Positions 7,476 to 13,270 of a DNA stretch of 13,270 bases are shown here, piece by piece. Origin of the DNA: Nanopusillaceae archaeon (GTDB taxonomy: Archaea > Nanobdellota > Nanobdellia > Nanobdellales > Nanobdellaceae). The DNA is taken from the NCBI GenBank assembly GCA_049973735.1, contig JBMFJL010000010.1, positions 1-13,270 of the forward strand, written 5' to 3'. The position numbers were made by a program, and so were the translations under genes. The number at the start of each line of letters is the position of its first letter. Positions within the stretch are counted from its first letter, which is position 1. The notes under the pieces are model-generated. The model had not been told where the DNA came from. It worked only from the letters and a program-made list of their open reading frames with translations, and searched no databases.

Positions 7476-9864
7476 AATACTTTTGTCTCATGTTTTCTAC
7501 TATATTTGTTCTAAACGTTTCTGAGAACATTTTATAATAATCTAACATTTCTTTTGTTATAGATGGTCTTACCTTCTTCAATGCTTCCGCAAAATCTTCC
7601 ATAGTTACAGTTATCTTCATCTCTTTTATTTTTTCTAGGGCTTCATGTTCTGACAAATTTTCTGACCTTATTTTATTATAAACTTTTCTAAGCGCATTCA
7701 TTGCAGCTTCTTTTACTAATAATTCTAAATCTGCTCCACTATATCCTTCTGTAACTTTTGCTATTTCTTGTAAATTGACATTCGAATCTAAAGGTACATT
7801 TCTAGTATGTATCTTTAATATTTCTATCCTAGATTCATAGTCTGGTGGTGGAATATAAATTATTCTATCAAATCTACCAGGCCTTAACAATGCAGGATCT
7901 AATATATCTGGCCTATTTGTTGCAGCAATCACTATTACATCCCCTCTAGTAGTTATACCATCCATTTCTGTCAACAACTGATTTACAATACTATCATATA
8001 CATCTGCAGCTCTTATTAATCCTCTCCTTGGTGCAATTGCATCTATTTCATCAAAGAATATGACACAAGGCGCAACTTGTCTTGCTTTTTTAAATATCTC
8101 TCTAATCATTCTTTCAGACTCTCCAACAAATTTATTGAAAATTTCTGGACCTCTGACTGCAATGAAATTTGCACCTATCTCACTTGCAACTGCCTTTGCC
8201 AATAATGTTTTACCAGTACCTGGTGGACCATAGAGTAATATTCCTTTTGGTGGTTCTATTCCTAGTTTTTCATAGATTTCTTTATACTTAATTGGCCACT
8301 CAACTACCTCTTTTAATTGTTGCTTTACTTCTTTTAATCCACCGATATCTTCCCACTTTACTTTTGGTATTTCAATTAATACTTCTCTCATAGCAGATGG
8401 TGGAACCAATTTTAATGCATTCATAAAATCTTCCTCAGTTACTACCATTTGTTCTAATATTTCATTTGGTATTTTTCCCTCATCTTTATATTTTTCTATT
8501 TCTGGCAATACTCTTCTTATAACGCTCATAGCTGCTTCCTTAACTAAAGCTGCCAAGTCTGCACCTACATAACCATATGTTATTGAAGCTAATTTTCTTA
8601 TTAACTTATCCTTCTCTTCATCACTCATCAAAACATATTTTACCTTTCCTCCCTCTTCTACCTTTTTTCCTATTGGTACATTTCTAGTATGTACTTTTAA
8701 TATTTGATATCTTCCTTTTTCATTTGGTACTGGTACTTCAATTTCTCTATCAAATCTACCAGGCCTTCTAAGTGCAGGATCTATTGCATCAGGCCTATTT
8801 GTTGCAGCAATTACTATTACTTTTCCTCTAGATTTTAATCCGTCCATTAAAGTTAATAATTGTGCTACCAATCTTCTTTCAACTTCTCCAAGAGTTTCAT
8901 CTCTTTTCGGTGCAATTGCATCTATTTCATCTATAAATATTATTGCTGGAGCGTTCTTCTCTGCCTCTTCAAATATATCTCTTAATTTCTTTTCAGATTC
9001 TCCTACATATTTAGATACTATCTCAGGTCCATTTATAGCAATGAAATATGCATCACTTTCATTTGCAACTGCCTTTGCCAATAATGTTTTACCAGTACCT
9101 GGTGGACCATAGAGTAATATTCCTTTTGGTGGTTCTATTCCTAGTTTTTCAAACAATTCGGGATATTTAAGTGGTAATTCTACAAGTTCTCTAACTTTGC
9201 TTACAACTTCCTCCATATCTCCAATATCTTCATAAGTAACTTCTGGCAACTCTCCTTTCATTTCTGTTGCTCTTGGCAATATTTCTATTTCAGTATTTTC
9301 TGTTATTATTACTGGACCTTTTGGAGAAGTATTAACTACTGTTAGTTTTAATTCATTCGAAAATCCAATGTTAAACATATCTATTATTTCGAAAGTAAAT
9401 CCAAACTCATCTAACAAATCAAATTTTCTCCTATATGGAACTAATACAATGTTATCTCCTTTAACAACTGCTCTACCCACTAATAACTTTTGTATGTATC
9501 CTATATATGCGGGTGAAATTTGATATGTAACATTTCTTACTGCTGGAGCTAATATGACTTTTTGAGCTTCTTTTGCGTTTACTTTTCTAATAGTTACATA
9601 TCCTCCCAATGTTGCACCTGCATTTTTCCTTATTATGCCATCCATCCTTATTATTCCTAATCCATAATCTTGAGGATATAATAATTGAGCTATAGCTACA
9701 GTTTTTTTCTTTCCCTCTATTTCTACTACGTCTCCTATTTTTATTCCAAGTTTTTTCATTGCTTCAGGATCTATTCTAACAATCCCTTTATATAGATCAT
9801 TCTGCAGAGCTTCAGCAACTTTTAATCTTACTTGATTACTTTCTTTATTTTCATTATTCTCCAT
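7468..9864 (-). CDS. cdc48: Cdc48/VCP/p97-type AAA+ ATPase (N domain plus D1 and D2 modules), C-terminal HbYX-like tail
   Basis: 798 aa. The N-terminal Cdc48-N double-psi barrel signature is present (VRLKVAEA...[25 protein letters not shown]...[12 protein letters not shown]). There are two complete AAA modules, each with Walker [16 protein letters not shown], Walker B ([12 protein letters not shown] / [12 protein letters not shown]) and second region of homology (ATNRPDxxDPALxRPGRFDR). The C-terminus is ...KYYG. Confidence 0.95.
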   Translation of the reverse strand: MENNENKESNQVRLKVAEALQNDLYKGIVRIDPEAMKKLGIKIGDVVEIEGKKKTVAIAQLLYPQDYGLGIIRMDGIIRKNAGATLGGYVTIRKVNAKEAQKVILAPAVRNVTYQISPAYIGYIQKLLVGRAVVKGDNIVLVPYRRKFDLLDEFGFTFEIIDMFNIGFSNELKLTVVNTSPKGPVIITENTEIEILPRATEMKGELPEVTYEDIGDMEEVVSKVRELVELPLKYPELFEKLGIEPPKGILLYGPPGTGKTLLAKAVANESDAYFIAINGPEIVSKYVGESEKKLRDIFEEAEKNAPAIIFIDEIDAIAPKRDETLGEVERRLVAQLLTLMDGLKSRGKVIVIAATNRPDAIDPALRRPGRFDREIEVPVPNEKGRYQILKVHTRNVPIGKKVEEGGKVKYVLMSDEEKDKLIRKLASITYGYVGADLAALVKEAAMSVIRRVLPEIEKYKDEGKIPNEILEQMVVTEEDFMNALKLVPPSAMREVLIEIPKVKWEDIGGLKEVKQQLKEVVEWPIKYKEIYEKLGIEPPKGILLYGPPGTGKTLLAKAVASEIGANFIAVRGPEIFNKFVGESERMIREIFKKARQVAPCVIFFDEIDAIAPRRGLIRAADVYDSIVNQLLTEMDGITTRGDVIVIAATNRPDILDPALLRPGRFDRIIYIPPPDYESRIEILKIHTRNVPLDSNVNLQEIAKVTEGYSGADLELLVKEAAMNALRKVYNKIRSENLSEHEALEKIKEMKITVTMEDFAEALKKVRPSITKEMLDYYKMFSETFRTNIVENMRQKYYG
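8184..8272. repeat. copy 1 (D2 module) of an 89-bp perfect direct repeat inside cdc48
   Basis: Nucleotides 8184-8272 are identical base for base to 9063-9151. The offset of 879 nt equals 293 codons, so the repeat is in frame. It encodes [29 protein letters not shown]. Confidence 0.95.
9063..9151. repeat. copy 2 (D1 module) of the 89-bp perfect direct repeat inside cdc48
   Basis: Identical to 8184-8272. The flanking bases differ on both sides (8183 c vs 9062 t; 8273 t vs 9152 a). Confidence 0.95.
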
Positions 9865-9883
9865 AATACCATATGTTTATAAT

Positions 9884-9893
9884 ATATTTAAAA
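9884..9893 (-). promoter_or_regulatory. TATA-like box for cdc48 (minus-strand TTTTAAATAT)
   Basis: Centred about 24.5 nt upstream of the cdc48 ATG (9864-9862). It resembles the archaeal TTTAWATA consensus and implies a leaderless or very short-leader mRNA. Prediction only. Confidence 0.35.
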
Positions 9894-9912
9894 GTCCATT
9901 CTCATAGAAAAC

Positions 9913-9920
9913 TTTAAATT
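9913..9920 (+). promoter_or_regulatory. TATA-like box for the PRC-barrel gene (TTTAAATT)
   Basis: Centred about 26.5 nt upstream of the ATG at 9943, in the 78-bp divergent intergenic region. Prediction only. Confidence 0.35.
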
Positions 9921-9942
9921 ATTCAAATATCATTATTTTGAT

Positions 9943-10275
9943 ATGGCACTAAATATTAAAAGGATATCTGAAACCATACATGCAAAGGTATATACAGAGG
10001 ATGGGCATTTCCTAGGAGAAGTAGAAGATGCTTTAATATCTGGAAACAAAATATATGGTTGGAAAATAAAAGTTTTAGATCCTATACTATCTAAAAGGAA
10101 AGGAATAAGAGGAGTAATTGTACCACACCAATTAGTAAAAGCAATGGGAGAAATATGGATTGTATCTAGAGCAGTTTACTCGATAAAAGTAGATGAAGAA
10201 GAGCTAAAGGAAAAAGAAATGAAATTTGACAAAATTAATGAAAATGAAAATATTAAAATAGAGAAAATAAAATAA
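9943..10275 (+). CDS. PRC-barrel domain protein with K/E/N-rich C-terminal tail
   Basis: 110 aa. The pattern VYTEDGHFLGEVEDALISGNKIYGWKIKV...GVIVPHQLVKAMGEIWIV matches the PRC-barrel layout (V.t.dG..lG.V.D...d.....l.v...........iP...v......i.v). The tail EEELKEKEMKFDKINENENIKIEKIK is low complexity. The gene is divergent from cdc48. Confidence 0.55.
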   Translation: MALNIKRISETIHAKVYTEDGHFLGEVEDALISGNKIYGWKIKVLDPILSKRKGIRGVIVPHQLVKAMGEIWIVSRAVYSIKVDEEELKEKEMKFDKINENENIKIEKIK

Positions 10276-10278
10276 TTT

Positions 10279-10773
10279 TTAGGCTTCACAACATTTACCT
10301 AAATCTATTCTTTTAACTTTAAAGGTTATTTCTTTACTTTTTGTGAAATTATTCTTCTTAATCAATACATATAAATTAACCAAAAACAAAATATCACTAA
10401 TTATTAAAAGATATAACCCGAGTGTAGTAACTGTAATTCCCAATATGGATGATAATATAGTCAAGTAGACGGAAAAAATACTAAAGCTACAAGAAACTAA
10501 ACATGCTTGTAAAGCTCCAAAACCCAAAATTGATGATATAAATGATAATAAACTACCCTTCCAGAATCTTTTAGCCTTAATTATAATATATGCCAACAAA
10601 GAAAAATTTAATACAAACAAAATTATGAAAATGTAGAAGATTATCAAATAATAGGATGGATATATTAGCAAATAAATTATATTGCTTTTATAATAGTAGT
10701 AACCTATTATTGAAAAAATTATCAATAAAACTATACCAACTTTATCAGTTATCATTTCTCTTAATATGTTCAT
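10279..10773 (-). CDS. hypothetical polytopic membrane protein with intramembrane CxxxC and C-terminal CC
   Basis: 164 aa with about 4-5 hydrophobic helices. The motif GALQACLVSCSF sits inside a predicted helix. A basic cytoplasmic-looking tail ends in RIDLGKCCEA. No family recognised. Its stop lies 3 nt from the convergent PRC-barrel gene stop. Confidence 0.5.
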   Translation of the reverse strand: MNILREMITDKVGIVLLIIFSIIGYYYYKSNIIYLLIYPSYYLIIFYIFIILFVLNFSLLAYIIIKAKRFWKGSLLSFISSILGFGALQACLVSCSFSIFSVYLTILSSILGITVTTLGLYLLIISDILFLVNLYVLIKKNNFTKSKEITFKVKRIDLGKCCEA

Positions 10774-10791
10774 AATCTTATATTACAAATA

Positions 10792-10809
10792 ATAAATTTA
10801 TAAATTTAT
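10792..10809. promoter_or_regulatory. 18-bp perfect palindrome ATAAATTTATAAATTTAT containing a TTTATAAA TATA-like core, midway between divergent start codons
   Basis: The palindrome centre (10800/10801) is 27.5 nt from the membrane-protein ATG (10773) and 26.5 nt from the ATG at 10827. This is the spacing expected for an archaeal TATA box serving leaderless mRNAs in both directions. Confidence 0.35.
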
Positions 10810-10830
10810 GTAAAATTATCTTTAATATGA

Positions 10831-12276
10831 CCTCTCGGTGCAATTTATATATATAATACACTTTCAAAAAAGAAAGAAGTATTTGAACCAATAGAGCCTC
10901 CTTTTGTAAAAATATATCATTGTGGGATTACTCCATATGATTTTTCACATATTGGCCATTTAAGATCAGAAATTGCTCTAGATATAATTAGGAGAATCTT
11001 TAGATACTTTGGTTATATAGATATAGTAATAAGCAATTTTACAGATATAGATGACAAAATTATTAAGAGAGCAAATGAAGAAAAGTTAAATGATTGGTAT
11101 GAAATACCCAGAAGATATATTTTGTATCATTTAGAAGTACAAAAAGATCTAGAAAATATACCATTTTATATAAATCCGCTGGTGACCAAACATATTGAAG
11201 ATATTAAAGAATTTGTAAAAGATTTACTCAAAAAAGATTTTGCTTACATCGGAAAATACGGTATATATTTTGATGTAGAAAAATATAAATATTATGGACA
11301 ATTATCTGGTACAAACAAGGAATATTGGAATCAAGAATTAGAATTAAAAGAAGATAAGAAAAATCCGTATGACTTTGCTCTATGGAAATTTAAAAAAGAA
11401 GGAGAACCATATTGGAAAACTGAAATAGGCGAAGGAAGACCCGGATGGCATATTGAATGTTCGACCATGTCATCAAAATATCTTGGAATACAATTTGATA
11501 TACATTCGGGAGGTCAAGATCTAATATTCCCACATCATGAAAATGAAATAGCACAAAGCGAAGCTAGATTCAATGTACATCCTTGGGTAAGGTATTGGCT
11601 TCATTTGGGTTTCCTAAAAATTAAGGGAGAAAAAATGTCAAAATCTTTGGGAAATATAATACCATCGAAGGAGTTCATAAATAAATATGGAAAAGATATT
11701 ACCAGATTCTATCTTGGTTCTGTACACTATAGAGACCCAATAGATGTAAACGAAGAAAGTATAAATCAAGCAATAAGTAATTATGAATATATAACATCTA
11801 CCATAAAAACAATAGTTATAGAAACTAAAAAAATGATCGAAAATTTAAATAGAACAAATTACTTAGATAATGATAAAATTAGGATTTGGAATGAACTGCT
11901 AAATTATGAAAAGAAATTCTTAGAAAAAATTTCAGATGATTTCGATATGACATCTGCAACATCGATATTGCTAGAAGCTACAAATTATATTAATAAAAAT
12001 GTTATAGGTACAAATGAATTTACACTATATTATACTTCATACGAATTTTACAATATAGTTAGTAAAATTTATGGATTGTGGGAAGATATATTTTATGGAA
12101 AATCAAAAGATGATAAACTGTTATATGAATTAATAAATTTAATTATAGAAATTAGAAATGAACTAAGAAAAAATAAAAATTATAATTTATCAGATATGAT
12201 AAGAGATAAGATGAGAAAACTTGGTATAGATCTTCAAGACAAAGGAAACGAAACTGTTTATAGATTTATCAGATAA
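10831..12276 (+). CDS. cysS: cysteine--tRNA ligase (CysRS); conserved frame extends 291 nt upstream of the ORF-track start and lacks an in-frame canonical start codon
   Basis: The ORF track starts at TTG 11122, but the same frame is open back to 10831. That upstream stretch encodes the genuine CysRS N-terminus: IYIYNTLSKKKEVFEPIEPPFVKIYHCGITPYDFSHIGHLRSE (HIGH motif, Zn-ligand Cys) and NFTDIDDKIIKRANEE. Downstream motifs are GRPGWHIECS, HSGGQDLIFPHHENEIAQSEA and KMSKSLGN. The only nearby ATG (10827) is in a different frame; see the findings. Confidence 0.9.
   Translation, partial: PLGAIYIYNTLSKKKEVFEPIEPPFVKIYHCGITPYDFSHIGHLRSEIALDIIRRIFRYFGYIDIVISNFTDIDDKIIKRANEEKLNDWYEIPRRYILYHLEVQKDLENIPFYINPLVTKHIEDIKEFVKDLLKKDFAYIGKYGIYFDVEKYKYYGQLSGTNKEYWNQELELKEDKKNPYDFALWKFKKEGEPYWKTEIGEGRPGWHIECSTMSSKYLGIQFDIHSGGQDLIFPHHENEIAQSEARFNVHPWVRYWLHLGFLKIKGEKMSKSLGNIIPSKEFINKYGKDITRFYLGSVHYRDPIDVNEESINQAISNYEYITSTIKTIVIETKKMIENLNRTNYLDNDKIRIWNELLNYEKKFLEKISDDFDMTSATSILLEATNYINKNVIGTNEFTLYYTSYEFYNIVSKIYGLWEDIFYGKSKDDKLLYELINLIIEIRNELRKNKNYNLSDMIRDKMRKLGIDLQDKGNETVYRFIR
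10846..10855. repeat. (TA)5 dinucleotide tract at the cysS 5' frame junction
   Basis: tatatatata at 10846-10855, preceded by a TTT run at 10844-10846. The ATG-frame stop TAA (10854-10856) lies at its end. Confidence 0.9.
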
Positions 12277-12280
12277 AATA

Positions 12281-12288
12281 TTATAAAT
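12281..12288 (+). promoter_or_regulatory. TATA-like box (TTATAAAT) upstream of aIF2-gamma
   Basis: Located in the 32-nt cysS/aIF2-gamma spacer and centred about 24.5 nt upstream of the ATG at 12309. Prediction only. Confidence 0.3.
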
Positions 12289-12308
12289 GATTTTGTTAAT
12301 ATCTTCTT

Positions 12309-13270
12309 ATGGTAGAAAATATATATCCAGATTTATCAATAATAATATTAGGTCATGTGGATCATGGGAAGACCACTTTAGCAAAGGCTCTCACTGGTAA
12401 ATGGTTATCTAAGCATTCAGACGAATTAAAAAGAGGACTAACTTTAAAATTGGGATACTCAGATTTTTCCATATACAAATGTAAAGAACACGGTTATTCT
12501 ACAGAAAAAATATGTCCGATATGCGGTAAAGAAAATGATTTTGTAAGAAAAATATCTTTAGTAGATGCACCAGGTCATGAAAGTTTATTGATGGTAATGC
12601 TCACAGGTGCTGCAATAGTAGATGCTGCTATATTAGTTATAGCTGCAAATGAACCAGTGCCACAACCACAAACATTAGAACATTTAATAGCGTTTAAATA
12701 TCTGGGAGACAAACCATTAATAATTGTACAAAATAAAATTGATTTGATAACAAAAGAGGAAGCAATCAAAAACTATAAAGAAATATTAAAATTATTGGAA
12801 AAATTGGGTTTTGATACAAACAAAGTAAAAATTATACCTATTTCAGCAATCAACAACATTAATATCAAATATCTATTAGAAGTTCTAGCTGAATTGAAAA
12901 AAGTTGATAGGGATGTAAATTCCGATCCCATATTTTTAATATCTAGATCCTTTGACATAAATAAACCAGGAACGGATATAGAGAAACTAGTTGGAGGTGT
13001 ATTGGGTGGTAGTTTATTGAAGGGCAAATTGAAGATTAACGATACCATAGAAATAAGGCCCGGAATATTTGTAAATAATCAATGGATACCGATTAAAACT
13101 AAAATAGTTTCATTGAAACAGGGAGAACATGATGTAAATGAAATATTACCAGGCGGAACTGCTGGTATTGGTACTCTATTAGATCCATTCGTTACAAAAG
13201 AAGATACTTTAGCAGGACAAATGGCAGGCTTAGAGGGGAGATTGCCAAAACAACATAGCGAAATAAAGGT
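12309..13270 (+). CDS. eif2g: translation initiation factor aIF2 gamma subunit (5' ~320 codons; continues beyond window end)
   Basis: This gene is not in the ORF track because no stop lies in the window. The frame from ATG 12309 is open to the edge. It encodes IIILGHVDHGKTTLAKALTGKWLSKHSDELKRGLTLKLGYSD (G1 plus switch), a zinc-knuckle insert (CKEH...CPIC), DAPGHE, NKIDL, SAINNINI, SRSFDINKPGTDIEKLVGGVLGGSLLKG and GGTAGIGTLLDP. Together these are characteristic of a/eIF2-gamma. Confidence 0.9.
   Translation, partial: MVENIYPDLSIIILGHVDHGKTTLAKALTGKWLSKHSDELKRGLTLKLGYSDFSIYKCKEHGYSTEKICPICGKENDFVRKISLVDAPGHESLLMVMLTGAAIVDAAILVIAANEPVPQPQTLEHLIAFKYLGDKPLIIVQNKIDLITKEEAIKNYKEILKLLEKLGFDTNKVKIIPISAINNINIKYLLEVLAELKKVDRDVNSDPIFLISRSFDINKPGTDIEKLVGGVLGGSLLKGKLKINDTIEIRPGIFVNNQWIPIKTKIVSLKQGEHDVNEILPGGTAGIGTLLDPFVTKEDTLAGQMAGLEGRLPKQHSEIK

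Noticed and set aside
10827-10856. Programmed +1 ribosomal frameshift at the rare CGG codon in the short ATG-initiated frame of cysS
   Set aside because: This cannot be excluded. However, no good slippery P-site codon precedes the CGG, since TCT would have to re-pair on CTC. A one-unit change in the adjacent (TA)5 or TTT tract, or an ATT start, explains the data more simply. It is kept only as a minor alternative within the cysS finding.
10831-11121. Possibility that cysS is a split gene, with separately encoded N- and C-terminal halves as seen in some nanoarchaeal genes
   Set aside because: The N-terminal (HIGH motif) region and the ORF-track part are contiguous in the same frame with no intervening stop. 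The TTG at 11122 is simply the first canonical start codon the ORF caller could find, not a second gene.
12480-12524. aIF2-gamma zinc-knuckle with CxxH...CxxC instead of four cysteines
   Set aside because: This insert is variable among archaeal aIF2-gamma proteins, and His is a competent Zn ligand. It is not unusual enough to report as a finding.
12575-13048. Two minus-strand ORFs (12575..12769 and 12773..13048) from the ORF track
   Set aside because: Both lie antisense to the plus-strand aIF2-gamma frame (12309 to the window end). That frame carries unmistakable GTPase and a/eIF2-gamma motifs but was omitted from the track because it has no stop in the window.
1-13270. Search for tRNA, rRNA or other structured RNA genes, CRISPR arrays, transposases, integrases, toxin-antitoxin or defence genes
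   Set aside because: No GC-rich islands occur outside coding frames. The few G+C-rich patches, for example around 5090-5120 and 5690-5710, encode conserved Gly/Pro/Ala motifs. All intergenic spacers are 78 nt or shorter. There are no regularly spaced repeats, and no ORF has recombinase or nuclease-toxin motifs other than Hjc.

Overview
This is a very AT-rich, extremely gene-dense archaeal chromosomal segment. By my calls only about 230 of 13,270 nt are non-coding. The content is almost entirely core information-processing genes.

Minus strand:
- A DNA polymerase D large subunit (DP2), diphthine synthase, SpoIIM/DUF95-like membrane protein and 85-aa ORF string.
- A Cdc48/VCP, ThiF/MoeB-type E1-like enzyme and ArmA/Rmt (FmrO)-family rRNA methyltransferase-like string, joined by overlapping stop/start codons.
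- A Cys-containing membrane protein.

Plus strand:
- An Hjc-type Holliday junction resolvase.
- A PRC-barrel protein.
- Cysteinyl-tRNA synthetase.
- The 5' two-thirds of aIF2-gamma, which is missing from the ORF track because it runs off the window.
- A gene 3' end entering from the left edge.

The K/I/E/Y-rich proteins, the overlapping genes and the TATA-like boxes about 25 nt upstream of start codons (suggesting leaderless mRNAs) fit a reduced-genome archaeon. It may be DPANN/Nanoarchaeota-like, but the taxon cannot be proven from sequence alone. I see no mobile elements, CRISPR arrays, tRNA or rRNA genes.

Observations most worth a second look:
1. The coupled cdc48 / E1-like / aminoglycoside-resistance-type 16S rRNA methyltransferase homolog unit.
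2. A frame discontinuity at the 5' end of cysS that falls in a (TA)5 tract.
3. An 89-bp perfect in-frame repeat between the D1 and D2 modules of cdc48.
4. Palindromic TATA elements placed symmetrically between divergent gene pairs.
5. An Hjc variant with Q-x-K in place of E-x-K.

I do not see a clear-cut novel defence or mobile system. The findings are anomalies within a housekeeping region.
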